The notes under the pieces were generated by a model. That model had not been told where the DNA came from. It worked only from the letters and a program-made list of their open reading frames with translations, and did not search any database. A DNA stretch of 64,000 nucleotides, from contig CAIMLA010000043.1 in NCBI GenBank assembly GCA_903842085.1, positions 1,563 to 65,562 on the forward strand, in the 5' to 3' direction. Shown here piece by piece: positions 50,330-63,485 of the stretch. The translations under genes were made by a program, and so were the position numbers. How positions within the stretch are numbered: position 1 is the stretch's first letter; each line of letters starts with the position of its first letter. This stretch comes from an uncultured bacterium. Lineage in GTDB: Bacteria > Patescibacteriota > CPR2 > UBA1875 > CAIMLA01.

Positions 50330-50475
50330 GTGAGTACGACTTTATTGGAAGATTGATAAACATTAATTTTTCGAGAAGCTCTAAAGATAAGCTGAAAAGC
50401 TAGATCAGAAAAATGTGAATAGGAAACTCCTCAAAGAGTAATATTTTTTAATTAATATAAGGAGCGGGTATTTTT

Positions 50476-53400
50476 ATGGCCAAAGAAAAAATTCCTTTCG
50501 TTGCCACGACCAGAGCCGGTCGAAAGTACTTAAATAAATCACCGAACTCACTAGTTCTACCTAATCTAATCGAAGTCCAGACCCAAAGTTTTGATTGGTT
50601 TATCAAGGATGGCTTGCAAGAGCTGTTTGATGAACTTTTCCCAATTGTAGATTACACTGGGAAGATTATGTCATTGGATGTCAAGGATTATTGGTTAGGA
50701 GAGGCTAAATATACAGAAAAAGTCGCTAAAGACAAAAAAGTATCTTACGAAGCTCCACTTAAAGCAAATGTCGAACTAACAAACGTTGAAACTGGAAAGA
50801 AAAAAATCCAAGAAGTTTTTTTGGGCGATATGCCCGTCATGACTGCTCGAGGAACCTTTATCATTAATGGGGTTGAACGAGTTGTGGTTTCACAGTTAAT
50901 CAGATCGCCAGGAGTTTTCTTCAATTCTGACACTTCGGGAAGTCGAGAACTTTTTGGTGCAAAAATCATTCCAGGGAGAGGGGCCTGGCTTGAGATTGAG
51001 ACCTCGGCCCAGAATGTCTTATATGCCAAGATCGATCGAAAAAGAAAAATTCCTATCACAACCTTGCTCCGAACGTTTGGTTTCTCTACAAACGAACAAA
51101 TCATCAATCTTTTTAAGGATGTTAACACTGATCCTGATCGGGATTATATTAAAAATGCTCTCGAGAAAGATCCTTCCGTAACTGCTGGAGAGGCCTTTGT
51201 TGAGGTCTATAAAAGAATAAGGCCTGGAGATCTAGCGACGGTTGAGAATGCTCAAAGCTATATCGAAGGTTTGTTTTTTGATATTAAAAAATATGATTTA
51301 TCGAGGGTTGGACGATACAAGATGAATAAACGTCTTGACCTTGAAGTCAAAAATGTTCGAGCAAATTATATTCTAAGGCCAGAAGATCTTATCGAAATAA
51401 TCAAAGAAGTGATTCGCCTCAATAATGGCAATGGCGTCGCTGACGATATTGACAACTTAGGCAATCGCCGCGTGAAAACAGTCGGAGAGCTTCTACAAAA
51501 TAAGTTCCGAATGGGGCTGTTGAGAGTGGAGAGAATAATCAGAGACAGAATGAGCACAAATGATCCTAACATTGTTTCTGCTAGTCAGCTGATCAATGTC
51601 CGTCCAATTGTCGCCGCGGTCAGAGAATTTTTTGCCAGTTCACAGTTATCACAATTTATGGACCAAACGAATCCTTTAAGCGAGCTGGCGCACAAACGAA
51701 AATTAAGTGCTATGGGACCAGGAGGCTTGACTAGGGAGAGAGCCGGCTTTGAAGTTCGTGATGTTCACAAAACCCATTATGGACGAATCTGTCCGATCGA
51801 AACCCCAGAAGGTCCAAATATTGGCCTGGTTAGTTCCTTATCTTCATTTTCAAGAATCAATGAATATGGCTTTATCGAGACACCATATCGAAAAGTCTTA
51901 AATAAAGTCAAAAATGACGGCAAGTCAGCCGTTGGTTACAAAGCCCTTAAAGATATCACTGACAGCAAAGAAAAAGTCTTGGTTAAGGCTGGCGTTAAAA
52001 TAGCGGCAACGGTCGCTAAAAGCGCTGCCGATAATGGTGATGATTATCTTTTAATTGAGCCAATAGCGACCAAGGAAATAGTCTACCAAACTGCCGATGA
52101 AGAAAGTCGGTTTATTATTGCTCAGGCAAAAACTGCGGTTGACGAAGAAGGAAACTTCTTAACCGACTTTGCCATTGCTAGACGAAAAGGTGAGGCAGAT
52201 GAAGTTTCAATTAGTGAGATTGACTATATTGACGTTGCCACGGAGCAACCAGTGGGAATTTCAGCCTCTTTGATTCCCTTCCTTGAACATGACGATGCGA
52301 AACGGGCCTTAATGGGTTCTAATATGCAACGTCAAGCGGTCCCTTTAATAAGGCCGGAAGCACCCTTGGTCGGGACCGGGGTAGAAGCTAAGGTTGCTGA
52401 AGACACAGGCCAAACCGTTGTCGCAAAAAAAGATGGGGAAGTAACATCTGTTACTGCCAATCAACTGATCGTGAAATACAAAGATGGTAAAGATGAAATA
52501 CATCTGCTCCATAAATTTGAACAATCAAACACAGACACTTGTATCAACCAAAAAACCGTCGTTGACAAAGGCCAGAAATTTAAAAAAGGAGACCTTCTTG
52601 TCGATGGAGCAGCGATGGAACTAGGCGAAGTTGCTCTGGGCCAAAACGTAGTGGCCGCTTTTATGTGTATGGAAGGGGGAACCTTCGAGGATGCTATCAT
52701 TATCTCTGAAAGACTGGTCAAAGATGATCGCTATACCTCTATTCACTTAGAAGAATTTCCAGTAGATGTTCGTGATACAAAATTAGGACCTGAAATTATT
52801 ACGAGAGATATCCCCAATGTTGGTGAGGAAGCATTAAAAGATTTGGATGAAGGTGGGATCGTCCGCATCGGCGCCGAAGTTGTGGCCGGAGATATCTTAG
52901 TTGGAAAGATTACGCCAAAAGGGGAGACCGAGCTAACCGCCGAAGAAAGATTACTCCGAGCGATCTTTGGTGAAAAAGCGAGAGACGTCAAAGACAGTTC
53001 TCTAAGGGTTTCGCCAGGCGTTCACGGCAAAGTTATTGAGATTAAGATAAAGAGTCGAGATAAAGGTGACGAATTGCCAGTCGGGGTTATCAGGCAAGTC
53101 TTTGTTACAATCGCTCAAATGAGAAAAATCGCGGTTGGGGATAAGATGGCTGGAAGGCATGGTAACAAGGGCGTTATCGCCAGTGTTTTACCAGAAGAAG
53201 AGATGCCTTACTTAGAAGACGGCCGACCTGTCGATATTATCCTAAATCCAATGGGGGTAATCTCTAGAATGAATTTCGGACAAGTCTTAGAAACCCATCT
53301 TGGTTGGGCCGCTAAAGCCCTTGGTCTTAAAATAGCGACGCCAGTATTTGATGGGGTCACAATAGAACAAATTAAAGGCTTGTTAAAAGAAGCAGGACTG

Positions 53401-54003
53401 CCAGAAGATGGTCGAGTCCAGCTCTATGATGGAAGATCAGGAGAACCATTTACAGAACGAACCGTCGTTGGTGTTAAATATATGTTGAAACTTCTTCATC
53501 TAGTCGAAGATAAGATACATGCCAGATCGATCGGACCATACGCGATGGTCACACAACAACCCTTGGGTGGTAAAGCCCAATTTGGTGGACAGAGATTTGG
53601 GGAGATGGAAGTGTGGGCTTTGGAAGCCTATGGGGCCGCTCATATTTTACAGGAAGTCTTAACGATTAAATCGGATGATGTTGTCGGACGATCAAAAGCC
53701 TACGAATCAGTCATTAAGGGCGAAGATATCAAAGAACCGCGCATTCCAGAATCGTTTAATGTCCTAGTAAAAGAACTCCAAGGCCTTGGTCTGGCTGTTG
53801 AATTAGTCCAAGAAGAAGGAGACAAGATAAAGGAGATTGAGGCAGAAGAGATAATCGAAGAAATTTACGAAGAAAACATAGAAGCCTTGAAGAACACAGA
53901 CTTAATCGTCGGGAACGAAGCCGAAAAGAAACTTCCCATGGTCGACATCACTGACGAAGAAGCAAAAGATGATTTTGAAATTTTGGAAAAAGTTGATGAA
54001 TAA
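50476..54003 (+). CDS. rpoB: DNA-directed RNA polymerase subunit beta
   Basis: Conserved beta motifs ([28 protein letters not shown]). 1175 aa. Confidence 0.95.
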   Translation: MAKEKIPFVATTRAGRKYLNKSPNSLVLPNLIEVQTQSFDWFIKDGLQELFDELFPIVDYTGKIMSLDVKDYWLGEAKYTEKVAKDKKVSYEAPLKANVELTNVETGKKKIQEVFLGDMPVMTARGTFIINGVERVVVSQLIRSPGVFFNSDTSGSRELFGAKIIPGRGAWLEIETSAQNVLYAKIDRKRKIPITTLLRTFGFSTNEQIINLFKDVNTDPDRDYIKNALEKDPSVTAGEAFVEVYKRIRPGDLATVENAQSYIEGLFFDIKKYDLSRVGRYKMNKRLDLEVKNVRANYILRPEDLIEIIKEVIRLNNGNGVADDIDNLGNRRVKTVGELLQNKFRMGLLRVERIIRDRMSTNDPNIVSASQLINVRPIVAAVREFFASSQLSQFMDQTNPLSELAHKRKLSAMGPGGLTRERAGFEVRDVHKTHYGRICPIETPEGPNIGLVSSLSSFSRINEYGFIETPYRKVLNKVKNDGKSAVGYKALKDITDSKEKVLVKAGVKIAATVAKSAADNGDDYLLIEPIATKEIVYQTADEESRFIIAQAKTAVDEEGNFLTDFAIARRKGEADEVSISEIDYIDVATEQPVGISASLIPFLEHDDAKRALMGSNMQRQAVPLIRPEAPLVGTGVEAKVAEDTGQTVVAKKDGEVTSVTANQLIVKYKDGKDEIHLLHKFEQSNTDTCINQKTVVDKGQKFKKGDLLVDGAAMELGEVALGQNVVAAFMCMEGGTFEDAIIISERLVKDDRYTSIHLEEFPVDVRDTKLGPEIITRDIPNVGEEALKDLDEGGIVRIGAEVVAGDILVGKITPKGETELTAEERLLRAIFGEKARDVKDSSLRVSPGVHGKVIEIKIKSRDKGDELPVGVIRQVFVTIAQMRKIAVGDKMAGRHGNKGVIASVLPEEEMPYLEDGRPVDIILNPMGVISRMNFGQVLETHLGWAAKALGLKIATPVFDGVTIEQIKGLLKEAGLPEDGRVQLYDGRSGEPFTERTVVGVKYMLKLLHLVEDKIHARSIGPYAMVTQQPLGGKAQFGGQRFGEMEVWALEAYGAAHILQEVLTIKSDDVVGRSKAYESVIKGEDIKEPRIPESFNVLVKELQGLGLAVELVQEEGDKIKEIEAEEIIEEIYEENIEALKNTDLIVGNEAEKKLPMVDITDEEAKDDFEILEKVDE

Positions 54004-54015
54004 AAGAGGTGCAAA

Positions 54016-57000
54016 GTGATAATAAACGAGACAAAAAACGATAATTTCCAAGCCGTCAAATTGATGGTTGCTTCCCCGGAGCATATCTTGCAATGGTCAC
54101 GAGGAGAAATTACCAAACCTGAAACTATAAACTATAGAACCCTCAAACCGGAAAAAGATGGTTTATTTTGCGAAAGAATCTTCGGCCCGTCGAGAGACTG
54201 GGAATGCTATTGCGGTAAATATAAACGAATTAGGTATAAGGGCGTTGTGTGTGAGCGTTGCGGGGTAGAAGTAACCCGATCTATTGTTAGAAGAGAAAGA
54301 ATGGGTCATATTAAATTATCTGTACCGGTCACTCATATTTGGTTTTTACGAGGCACTCCAAGCTCGATTGGACTAACTTTAAATTTATCAGTTCGTGATC
54401 TTGAAAAAGTGGTTTATTTTGCAAATTTTGTTGTTTTAGACGTGAACGAAGAAGCAAAAGCAAATGCTCTAAAACAAATTAACGAAGAGTTCAAAAAGAG
54501 AAAAACTGAGCTTGAAAACAAGACCCAAGATCAAGCGGAGCTTCTGACAATGGTTGAGGACCTAGAGCAATATCGAGATAGTGCTCATGAAGAATTAAAT
54601 CAACTCCAAGTCATGGAAATAATTTCAGAATCACGTTTTCGAGAGCTATCGATGAAATATGGGGAAGTCTTCCGTGCCGGAATTGGTGCAGAAGCGATCC
54701 AAGAACTTTTAACTAAAATCGACCTCGATTCATTAGCAAAAACCTTAAAATATGAAGTTGATAACTCACAAGGAGTCAAACGGAAAAAGTCACTCAAAAG
54801 GTTGAAGCTAATCGAGGGCTTTGTTAATGCCAAGATCCGTCCTGAATGGATGATTTTAACGGTTTTACCAGTCATTCCACCAGATCTAAGACCGATGGTT
54901 CAACTTGATGGTGGTCGTTTTGCTACCTCAGACTTAAATGATTTATACCGTCGGGTCATCAATCGAAATAATCGTCTTAAGAGATTATTAGATATGGATG
55001 CGCCAGAGGTTATCTGTCGGAATGAAAAGCGAATGTTACAAGAAGCCGTCGATGCTTTGATCGATAATGGGGCCAGAAGAGACAAAAATGTCGCGACTGC
55101 AACCTCTCGAAGAAAACTCCGTTCTCTGGCTGATATGTTAAAAGGGAAACAGGGCCGATTTAGGCAGAATCTATTAGGAAAACGTGTTGATTATTCGGGC
55201 AGGTCAGTGATTGTGGTCGGGCCGGAATTAAAGCTACATGAATGTGGTTTGCCTAAAATGATGGCGCTAGAACTCTTCAAGCCGTTTGTCATGTCAAAAT
55301 TAATTGTTGGTGGCTTTGCTCATAACGTCAAAAGTGCGAGCCGAATGATAGAACGGAGTAAAAACGAAGTCTGGGATGCCCTCGACGAAGTAATCACCGA
55401 TAAATACGTTTTATTAAATCGAGCACCAACTTTACATCGACTCGGAATTCAAGCTTTTAAACCTGTCTTAATCGAAGGTAAAGCGATCCAAATTCATCCT
55501 TTAGTCTGCGCTGCCTTTAATGCTGACTTTGACGGAGATCAAATGGCCGTTCATGTGCCTTTATCGCAAGCGGCCCAAAAAGAAGCCAAGGAAATAATGC
55601 TTTCAACCAATAATCTCCTCAAGCCAGCCGCTGGGGAGCCAGTCGTAAAGCCAAGTCAGGATATGGTTCTTGGAATCTATTGGATGACGATTGCCGAAGA
55701 ATCAGATCCTAAAGAGCTTAAATCATATAGTGATAAAGAAGAAGCGATTACAGCCTACGATGATCGTCAATTATCATTAAGAAAAATTATCAGGATTAAG
55801 GTCAATGAGGACTTTATCGAAACAACAGTCGGTCGTTTGATCTTTAATGATATTATGCCAAAAGAGATCGGTTATATTAACGAGGCTCTAGATTCAAAGA
55901 AGCTTAGTCAGATCGTCGATCGTGTCTACAAAATTTGTGGTCAGGAAGCGACGGTTACTCTTGTAGATCAAATCAAATTACTAGGGTTTCGCTATTCGAC
56001 AAAATCAGGGCTTTCATTTTCTATGGACGATCTAGAGATACCCGCAGATAAAAAGCAAACCTTAAAAGAGTTTGAAGAAAAAGAAAACCATATCCATCAA
56101 CAGTACTTCCAAGGGCTTATTACCGAAGAGGAAAAGACGACCAAGGTTATTGAGATTTGGACTGAAGCTCGAGAAAAGCTGCAAAAAGATATGGAAATAC
56201 AAATGGATCATAACGGTAGCTCATATCTAATGATGGCTTCTGGGGCTAGAGGAAAAATGGGTCAATTTTCGCAGATGGCCGGGATGAAAGGCTTAGTCGT
56301 GAATGCTGTCGGGCGTATTATTGAGCTTCCAATCAAGTCTAACTTTAAAGAAGGCTTGTCTTCGCTAGAATTTTTCATCTCAACTCATGGGGCGAGAAAG
56401 GGGCTATCGGATACAGCCTTGAAAACTTCAGATTCAGGCTATTTGACTCGACGACTAGTCGATGTTTCCCAAGACGTGATCGTGACCGAAAAAGATTGCG
56501 GCAGTAAAGAATCAGCGGTCATTTCCAGAGCAGAATCTAAAATGATCGGTGAAGATTTTTCTTTCAGAATCAAAGGCCGGGTTTTGGCCAAAAATGTCGT
56601 TAACGACAAAAATGGGGAAATTGTGGCCAAGAAGGGCACAATGATTGACGATGAGATTTTTGCGAAGATAGACAATGCCAATATTGACGAAGTCTTTATC
56701 CGCTCTGTCTCTGGCTGTCATTCAACCTGGGGTATTTGTCAACAGTGTTATGGGGTTGATTTAGCCAAAGGCTGGTTGATTCATCTTGGTGAAGCTGTCG
56801 GCATTATCGCGGCTCAATCCATTGGTGAGCCTGGAACTCAGTTAACGATGAGAACTTTCCATGCTGGTGGTGTCGCCGGGGCTGATATTACCCAGGGTTT
56901 GCCTAGGGTTGAAGAGCTTTTTGAAGCCAGAACGCCAAAAGGCCAAGCAATCTTATCGGAAATTGAAGGCCGAGTTCATATTGAACGAAACCATGATAAA

Positions 57001-57765
57001 AAAATGTTAGAAGTCATGTCCCTTGAGCTAAATGAAGAAGTCTACGATGCAACCGGGTATGAAATTGAGGTTAAGAACAATAAATTTGTTGAAATCAAAG
57101 ATATCTTAGCCACAAAAGATGGTAAAAAACCAATCAAGGCCAAAAGCGCCGGTACAATTAAAATCAAGGATCATGAAATACACTTGATCAAAGAGGCGGA
57201 CGCAAAGGTCTATGAACTCTCTAATCGGGTTGGACTACTCGTCTCCGATGGGGACACAGTTACTCGTGGTCAGGCTTTAACAGAGGGTTCCTGGAATTTG
57301 GGCGAGGCCTTAAAGCTTTTGGGGGAGCTGGCGATCCAACGTTATATTGTCAAAGAAGTCCAACAAATCTACGCCTCTGAGGGACAAACAATTAATGATA
57401 AGCACATTGAGATTATTATTAGACAAATGTTTAGTCGTTGTCGTATTGACGAAACCAATGATACCCCGTTTGTAGTCGGTGAAATCGTCTCACGAACCGC
57501 TTTGAATCGAGCCAATAAAGCGGCGGTAAAAAAAGGTGGAAAGCCAGCCGATTCAACGAACTTGTTACTCTCGATATCAAAGGTAGCTTTAACAACCGAT
57601 AGCTTTTTATCGGCTGCATCGTTCCAAGAAACCAGTAAAGTTCTGATTGGGGCGGCCGTGGCCGGTAAGGTCGACGACCTTCATGGTTTAAAAGAAAACG
57701 TAATTATTGGTAAACTTATCCCAGCTGGCACAGGTTTTAAAGAAACCTTGACGGAAAAGGAATAA
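54016..57765 (+). CDS. rpoC: DNA-directed RNA polymerase subunit beta'
   Basis: Zn-binding [23 protein letters not shown], catalytic [12 protein letters not shown], trigger loop. 1249 aa. Confidence 0.95.
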   Translation: MIINETKNDNFQAVKLMVASPEHILQWSRGEITKPETINYRTLKPEKDGLFCERIFGPSRDWECYCGKYKRIRYKGVVCERCGVEVTRSIVRRERMGHIKLSVPVTHIWFLRGTPSSIGLTLNLSVRDLEKVVYFANFVVLDVNEEAKANALKQINEEFKKRKTELENKTQDQAELLTMVEDLEQYRDSAHEELNQLQVMEIISESRFRELSMKYGEVFRAGIGAEAIQELLTKIDLDSLAKTLKYEVDNSQGVKRKKSLKRLKLIEGFVNAKIRPEWMILTVLPVIPPDLRPMVQLDGGRFATSDLNDLYRRVINRNNRLKRLLDMDAPEVICRNEKRMLQEAVDALIDNGARRDKNVATATSRRKLRSLADMLKGKQGRFRQNLLGKRVDYSGRSVIVVGPELKLHECGLPKMMALELFKPFVMSKLIVGGFAHNVKSASRMIERSKNEVWDALDEVITDKYVLLNRAPTLHRLGIQAFKPVLIEGKAIQIHPLVCAAFNADFDGDQMAVHVPLSQAAQKEAKEIMLSTNNLLKPAAGEPVVKPSQDMVLGIYWMTIAEESDPKELKSYSDKEEAITAYDDRQLSLRKIIRIKVNEDFIETTVGRLIFNDIMPKEIGYINEALDSKKLSQIVDRVYKICGQEATVTLVDQIKLLGFRYSTKSGLSFSMDDLEIPADKKQTLKEFEEKENHIHQQYFQGLITEEEKTTKVIEIWTEAREKLQKDMEIQMDHNGSSYLMMASGARGKMGQFSQMAGMKGLVVNAVGRIIELPIKSNFKEGLSSLEFFISTHGARKGLSDTALKTSDSGYLTRRLVDVSQDVIVTEKDCGSKESAVISRAESKMIGEDFSFRIKGRVLAKNVVNDKNGEIVAKKGTMIDDEIFAKIDNANIDEVFIRSVSGCHSTWGICQQCYGVDLAKGWLIHLGEAVGIIAAQSIGEPGTQLTMRTFHAGGVAGADITQGLPRVEELFEARTPKGQAILSEIEGRVHIERNHDKKMLEVMSLELNEEVYDATGYEIEVKNNKFVEIKDILATKDGKKPIKAKSAGTIKIKDHEIHLIKEADAKVYELSNRVGLLVSDGDTVTRGQALTEGSWNLGEALKLLGELAIQRYIVKEVQQIYASEGQTINDKHIEIIIRQMFSRCRIDETNDTPFVVGEIVSRTALNRANKAAVKKGGKPADSTNLLLSISKVALTTDSFLSAASFQETSKVLIGAAVAGKVDDLHGLKENVIIGKLIPAGTGFKETLTEKE

Positions 57766-57798
57766 GTTGCTAAAATTCTTAGGATTTAAAGGAGAAAA

Positions 57799-58206
57799 AT
57801 GCCCACAATTAATCAATTAATCAAAAACCCGCGAAAGACAACAGTTAAAAAATCTAAGTCTCCAGCTTTGCAAAAAGGCTACAACGCGCTGAAAAATAAA
57901 GTGGTTCCGGCTGCCAGCCCTCAAAAAAGAGGGGTCTGCGTGAAAGTAACGACTCAAACGCCGAAGAAACCGAACTCAGCTTTACGAAAGATTGCCCGGG
58001 TTAGACTCTCAAATCAAATGGAAGTTACCGCCTATATTCCCGGGACAGGACATAACTTACAGGAACATAGCGTTGTTACGATTAGGGGCGGCAGGGTAAA
58101 AGATTTACCTGGGGTTCGTTATCATATCGTTCGAGGATCGCTCGATACCAGTGGTGTTGCAAATCGGAAACAAGGTCGAAGCAGATATGGAGCTAAAAAA
58201 AGTTAA
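57799..58206 (+). CDS. rpsL: 30S ribosomal protein S12
   Basis: [13 protein letters not shown]... and [10 protein letters not shown] motifs. Confidence 0.95.
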   Translation: MPTINQLIKNPRKTTVKKSKSPALQKGYNALKNKVVPAASPQKRGVCVKVTTQTPKKPNSALRKIARVRLSNQMEVTAYIPGTGHNLQEHSVVTIRGGRVKDLPGVRYHIVRGSLDTSGVANRKQGRSRYGAKKS

Positions 58207-58215
58207 GGAGAATAA

Positions 58216-58692
58216 ATGCCAAGAGATCCTAGAAAAGTTGCCAAGAGAAAACTAGACCCAGATATGAAATACCAAAGTATCTTGGTCACAAAATTTATAA
58301 ATAAAATTATGCTAGATGGCAAAAAAGCCTTAGCCACAAATCTTGTCTATGGTGCTTTTGAACAAATCGAAAAAGATACTGGAAAACCAGCTCTAGAAAT
58401 TTTCGAACAAGCGATAAAAAATGTTTCGCCAGTTCTGCAAGTTAAATCACGCAGAATTGGTGGCGCCAATTATCAAGTCCCAATGGAAGTCAAAGGACAA
58501 AGACGACTTCACTACGGATTCGTCTGGATTAGAGAAGCGGCGAGAAGCCGTTCCGGCGTCTCTTATGATAAGGCCTTAGCCCAAGAAATCATTGATGCTT
58601 ATAAAAATACTGGTACCGCCATCAAGAAAAGAGAAGAGACACACAAGATGGCAGAGGCGAACAAAGCCTTTGCTCACTTTGCTCGGTACTAA
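58216..58692 (+). CDS. rpsG: 30S ribosomal protein S7
   Basis: MPRDPRKVAKRKLDPDMKYQS...LVTKFINKIMLDGKK. 158 aa. Confidence 0.93.
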   Translation: MPRDPRKVAKRKLDPDMKYQSILVTKFINKIMLDGKKALATNLVYGAFEQIEKDTGKPALEIFEQAIKNVSPVLQVKSRRIGGANYQVPMEVKGQRRLHYGFVWIREAARSRSGVSYDKALAQEIIDAYKNTGTAIKKREETHKMAEANKAFAHFARY

Positions 58693-58745
58693 AAAACAGG
58701 GAAAATAAAAAAGAAATGATCTTTTAGATTTGGAAAGAGGAATAA

Positions 58746-60845
58746 ATGGCGCGAGAATACAGCTTAGAAAAAACTAGAAATATCGGGACAATCGCTCACA
58801 TTGATGCGGGCAAAACAACGGTTACCGAGGGTATTTTGTATATTACTGGACGAGTCCACAAAATTGGTGAGGTCCACGAAGGTGAAGCCACGATGGATTG
58901 GATGGAACAGGAGCGAGAAAGAGGCATTACTATTACTTCAGCCGCGACCACTTGTTTTTGGAATAATCACCGGATTAACATTATTGATACACCAGGACAT
59001 GTTGATTTTACGGTTGAGGTTGAACGATCATTAAGGGTTTTGGACGGCGCTGTTGTTATCTTAGACGGGAAAATGGGCGTTGAGCCACAGAGTGAAACCG
59101 TCTGGCGCCAAGCCGATAAATATAATGTTCCTCGAATGTTTTTTGCAAATAAGATAAATCAAACCGGTGGCGATTTTTACAAAAGTCTTGCGTCAGTCCG
59201 GGAGCGATTATCTAAAAATGCCTATCCAATCCAATTACCGATTGGGTTTGAGCAAAGCATGTCTGGGGCGGTTGATCTAGTTGAAATGAAAGCCTATAAA
59301 TATAAAGAATATACTGATAAAAAACTAGAAGAAACCGAGATCCCAGCAGACATGCTTGATAAAGTCAAAAAATACCGTGAAGAATTAATCGAAAAAGTCG
59401 TCGAGTACGACGATGACGCGATGGAAAAATATCTAGCTGGAGAAGAACTCTCAGTCCCAGAGTTAAAAAAATTAATTCGTAAAGCCACCGTTTCAGGTGA
59501 ATTCTTCCCCTTATTAGGCGGAGATGGTCGAGGCGTGGTTGTCTCTTTACTTGTTGATGCGATTATTGATTACTTGCCATCACCACTTGAGGCTAAACCA
59601 GCGATGGCCACTGATCCAAAAACAGGCGAAGAGATAGAGATTAAGGCGAATGATGAAGAGCCTTTTGCGGCTCTTGCTTTCAAAGTTGCGGCAGACCCCT
59701 TTGTTGGGAAATTAATCTTTTTTAGAACCTATCGAGGGACTCTAAAAAAAGGTTCATATATCATTAATGCGACGACCGGCAATAAAGAAAGAATCGGACG
59801 AATCGTCCGATTACATTCAAATCATCGTGAAGAAGTTGAAGAAGTCTTTTCTGGTGAAATTGCGGCTGCGGTTGGTCTTGGGAAAACAACAACCGGTGAT
59901 ACTTTATGTGACGTAAATAATGTGGTCGTTTTAGAAAATATCGTTTTCCCAGAACCAGTTATCGAGATTGCGATTGAACCGAAGACAAAGGCCGACCAAG
60001 AAAAAATGGGATTAGCTCTTTCCAGATTAGCCGAAGAGGACCCAACTTTTAGAGTTAAAACTGATGATGAAACCAGCCAAACAATCATTTCTGGAATGGG
60101 GGAATTACACTTAGATATCATCGTTGATCGGATGAAGAGAGAATTTAAAGTTGAAGCTAATATTGGTAAACCACAAGTTGCTTATAGAGAAACGATTAAG
60201 TCTAAAGTTCAACAGGAAGGTAAATTTATTCGACAATCTGGTGGTCGTGGACAATATGGCCATGTTTGGCTTGAAATCGAACCTCAAGAAAAAGGTCTTG
60301 GTTATGAATTTATAAACAAGATTGTTGGTGGCTCAATTCCAAGAGAATATATCAATCCAGTCGAAAACGGCATTAAAGAAGCAATGGCAAATGGCGTTAT
60401 CGCCGGCTATCCGGTCGTCGATGTCAAAATAACCCTATATGATGGCTCATTCCATGAAGTTGATTCTTCGGAAATGGCCTTCAAAATCGCTGGTTCAATC
60501 GCCTTCCAAGAGGGAGTGCGAAAGGCCAAAGCGATCATCTTAGAACCGATTATGAAAGTTGAAGCCACGGTCCCAGAAGAATATATGGGTGATATTATGG
60601 GAGACCTAAATTCCAAACGAGGCCGAATTCAGCAAATGTCTGATCGAGGGAATGCCAAAGTGGTTGATGCTCTAGTCCCACTAGCTGAGATGTTTGGGTA
60701 TGCAACCAACCTACGTTCGATGACTCAAGGACGAGGTAACTACACGATGGAATTTGACCATTATGAAGAAGTACCAAGGAATGTCGCAGAAGAAATAATT
60801 GCCAAAAGAGGCAAGAAGCCAGTAGAAGCAGATGAAAAGTCATAA
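58746..60845 (+). CDS. fusA: Elongation factor G
   Basis: G domain [21 protein letters not shown]. 699 aa. Confidence 0.95.
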   Translation: MAREYSLEKTRNIGTIAHIDAGKTTVTEGILYITGRVHKIGEVHEGEATMDWMEQERERGITITSAATTCFWNNHRINIIDTPGHVDFTVEVERSLRVLDGAVVILDGKMGVEPQSETVWRQADKYNVPRMFFANKINQTGGDFYKSLASVRERLSKNAYPIQLPIGFEQSMSGAVDLVEMKAYKYKEYTDKKLEETEIPADMLDKVKKYREELIEKVVEYDDDAMEKYLAGEELSVPELKKLIRKATVSGEFFPLLGGDGRGVVVSLLVDAIIDYLPSPLEAKPAMATDPKTGEEIEIKANDEEPFAALAFKVAADPFVGKLIFFRTYRGTLKKGSYIINATTGNKERIGRIVRLHSNHREEVEEVFSGEIAAAVGLGKTTTGDTLCDVNNVVVLENIVFPEPVIEIAIEPKTKADQEKMGLALSRLAEEDPTFRVKTDDETSQTIISGMGELHLDIIVDRMKREFKVEANIGKPQVAYRETIKSKVQQEGKFIRQSGGRGQYGHVWLEIEPQEKGLGYEFINKIVGGSIPREYINPVENGIKEAMANGVIAGYPVVDVKITLYDGSFHEVDSSEMAFKIAGSIAFQEGVRKAKAIILEPIMKVEATVPEEYMGDIMGDLNSKRGRIQQMSDRGNAKVVDALVPLAEMFGYATNLRSMTQGRGNYTMEFDHYEEVPRNVAEEIIAKRGKKPVEADEKS

Positions 60846-61008
60846 AAAACAGTTGCAGAAAAGTGAAAATTATAGTAAATTATGTGAGCGAGAATTAAAT
60901 AGCTAATGATCCACGCGGGTAGGGAGTGTGGGAAAATTTGTTTAGTCAAAAATATTAAAAAATACCGCAAAAAGAGCGGCTCGGCTATTGGCCGAAAAGG
61001 AGAACGAC

Positions 61009-62184
61009 ATGGCAGAAACATTTCAAAGAACTAAGCCACATGTCAATGTAGGAACCATTGGCCACGTTGATCATGGGAAGACAACCTTGACTGCCGCTAT
61101 TCTAAAAGTCCTTGGGGACAAAGGAATGGCTAAAGTTGAGAAATTTGAAGAAATTGATAGTGCACCCGAGGAAAGAGAACGTGGTATTACGATTGCGACT
61201 CATCACTCAGAATATGAGACAGAGAAACGCCATTATGCTCACGTTGACTGTCCAGGACATGCTGATTATGTTAAAAACATGATTACTGGAGCAGCTCAAA
61301 TGGACGGCGCAATCTTGGTTGTTGCAGCTACTGATGGTCCTATGCCTCAAACCAGAGAGCACTTACTCTTAGCTAAACAAGTTGGTGTACCAAAGATTGT
61401 CGTTTATATGAACAAAGTTGATCAGGTCTCTGATCCAGAAATGCTTGATCTAGTAGAAATGGAGATCAGGGAACTTTTGACAAAATATGAATATGACGGC
61501 GATAATGCGCCTATTATCAAAGGGTCTGCACTAAAAGCTTATGAAGGCGATGCAGAAGCCCAAAAATCAATTATGGAACTTTTAGATGCTCTTGATACTT
61601 ATATTCCAGAACCGGTTCGTGATATTTCTAAACCTTTCATGATGGCAGTAGAAGATGTTTTCTCGATCAAGGGACGAGGGACGGTTGCGACTGGTCGTAT
61701 CGAAAAAGGTGTAGTGAAAATTAACGAAGAAATTGAAATCGTTGGGATCAAACCAACCCGAAAAACTGTTGTTACCGGGATTGAAATGTTTAAAAAACAA
61801 CTTGATCAAGGTCAAGCGGGTGATAATGCCGGAGTTTTACTGCGAGGCATAGAAAAAGCAGATATCGAGCGTGGAATGGTTCTTGCAAAACCCGGCTCAA
61901 TTACACCCCATACAGAATTTGATGCAGAAGTATATATTCTAACCAAAGAAGAGGGTGGAAGACATACTCCATTCTTCAAAGGTTATAAACCTCAATTCTA
62001 CATTAGAACAACTGACGTTACCGGTGAGATCACTTTCGACGGCGAAATGATTATGCCTGGTGATCGAGTTAAGATGGGCGTCAAATTGATTCAACCAATT
62101 GCGATCGAAGAAGGATTAAACTTCGCGATTCGTGAAGGTGGTAGAACTGTAGGCTCAGGTATCGTAACAAAGATTAACAAATAA
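61009..62184 (+). CDS. tuf: Elongation factor Tu
   Basis: [41 protein letters not shown] 61009 follows an AAGGAG RBS; the track's 60988 is an upstream TTG. Confidence 0.95.
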   Translation: MAETFQRTKPHVNVGTIGHVDHGKTTLTAAILKVLGDKGMAKVEKFEEIDSAPEERERGITIATHHSEYETEKRHYAHVDCPGHADYVKNMITGAAQMDGAILVVAATDGPMPQTREHLLLAKQVGVPKIVVYMNKVDQVSDPEMLDLVEMEIRELLTKYEYDGDNAPIIKGSALKAYEGDAEAQKSIMELLDALDTYIPEPVRDISKPFMMAVEDVFSIKGRGTVATGRIEKGVVKINEEIEIVGIKPTRKTVVTGIEMFKKQLDQGQAGDNAGVLLRGIEKADIERGMVLAKPGSITPHTEFDAEVYILTKEEGGRHTPFFKGYKPQFYIRTTDVTGEITFDGEMIMPGDRVKMGVKLIQPIAIEEGLNFAIREGGRTVGSGIVTKINK

Positions 62185-62192
62185 TAATCATA

Positions 62193-62513
62193 ATGGCCGA
62201 AGAAAAAACAAAACAACGAATTAGGATAAAGCTTAAAGCCTATGACCACAAGATCATAGATCAATCTTCGGTTCAGATTATCGAAGCGGCTGAACGTAGT
62301 GGAGCCATCGTTATGGGTCCAATCCCTCTACCAACAGATCGTAGTCCGATTACGGTGTTACGAGCAAGTAATATCGATAAAGATTCTAGGGAGCAGTTTG
62401 AGATGAAAGTTCACAAAAGACTGATCGATATTACAGACTATACTAACAAAACCGTCGATGCTTTAATGAACATCAATCTTCCTGCCGGAGTCGATATCGA
62501 AATCAAAATGTAA
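62193..62513 (+). CDS. rpsJ: 30S ribosomal protein S10
   Basis: [41 protein letters not shown]. 106 aa. Confidence 0.93.
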   Translation: MAEEKTKQRIRIKLKAYDHKIIDQSSVQIIEAAERSGAIVMGPIPLPTDRSPITVLRASNIDKDSREQFEMKVHKRLIDITDYTNKTVDALMNINLPAGVDIEIKM

Positions 62514-62549
62514 AGAGCTTAAAACCTTTTATATTGTACGAACACTTGT

Positions 62550-63134
62550 TTGAATGATAAAACCGCTATTGGGGTCGTGACCGAAAAGATCTCAAACACA
62601 ACTGATCAATACCGAGTCCAATACGAAGGTAAAGCGATCGTCAAAGTCTCTATCGAAAATGGTGCTATCACCGCCGGCGATCTTCTTACGACTTCTGCCA
62701 CTAACCCAGGCACTGTCGTTAAAGCAACTGAGACCTCAACGGTCACTCTTGGCTTAGCCCTAGAATCAATCGCTGTGGATGGGGAAATGGCGATTATGTT
62801 ACGAACTTCGTATGTTACAGCAGCGGGTAACTCTGTTTTGTCTGAAACCCCTGGAGACGTCAAGGTAGCTGGTACTGGCAAACTATATTTTGGTGATGCC
62901 GAGACATATTATTTTTCTTTGAATGGCACTACGCTAGAATTAAATACGGCATTTAAAGCAAGTGGAGATTTTGAAACTTCTGGTTCTTTTTCACTCGGTG
63001 GTGGAATAACTTGGTCAAAGGGGGCTGGCGCGCCGACTGGAACTTGTACAACCGGGAGTATGTACAGTCGGGTTGACGGCTCTGCTGGATCAACACTCTA
63101 TGTTTGCGAAAAGGGCGCTTGGATTGCAAAGTAA
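62550..63134 (+). CDS. Hypothetical Gly/Thr/Ser-rich beta-type protein (fibre/adhesin-like C-terminus with Cys pair); possible gene remnant
   Basis: 194-aa ORF with a TTG start, no RBS, in the same frame as rpsJ. C-terminal GTCTTGSMYSRVDGSAGSTLYVCEKGAWI with two Cys 20 aa apart. Occupies the position where rplC is normally found. Confidence 0.4.
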   Translation: MNDKTAIGVVTEKISNTTDQYRVQYEGKAIVKVSIENGAITAGDLLTTSATNPGTVVKATETSTVTLGLALESIAVDGEMAIMLRTSYVTAAGNSVLSETPGDVKVAGTGKLYFGDAETYYFSLNGTTLELNTAFKASGDFETSGSFSLGGGITWSKGAGAPTGTCTTGSMYSRVDGSAGSTLYVCEKGAWIAK

Positions 63135-63485
63135 TTTTCTTAGACACTCTATCGATAGATCTTTTTAATAAGGACGAGGATGACAAAAAGCAGAAATCAA
63201 TTACTATGCTTTTCGACTTTTTTATCTCTGGGAAAAAAACCTAAAAACGGCTCATTTTATCTTTCTAGTCTGACGAGACCTGCAGACGACTGATTGATCG
63301 AGGCAATCGAGGACAGTTCTCCAACTTCTCGGCTCATTGCAGTCGTTCTAAGGATTAAGAGGTGCTATATAGTTTGAGACTATCGAGAGCCAATGAAGGG
63401 CTTATTCTTTTTACCGATACGACTTATTAAGTAATATGGTTAATATAATAATGTATAAAATTGACAGATATGATAAGATTTTTTT

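Noticed and set aside
63270-63277. CTGACGAG, resembling the hammerhead ribozyme CUGANGAG core, in the spacer after the 62550 ORF
   Set aside because: No downstream GAAA element or three-stem arrangement could be assembled around it; chance octamer.
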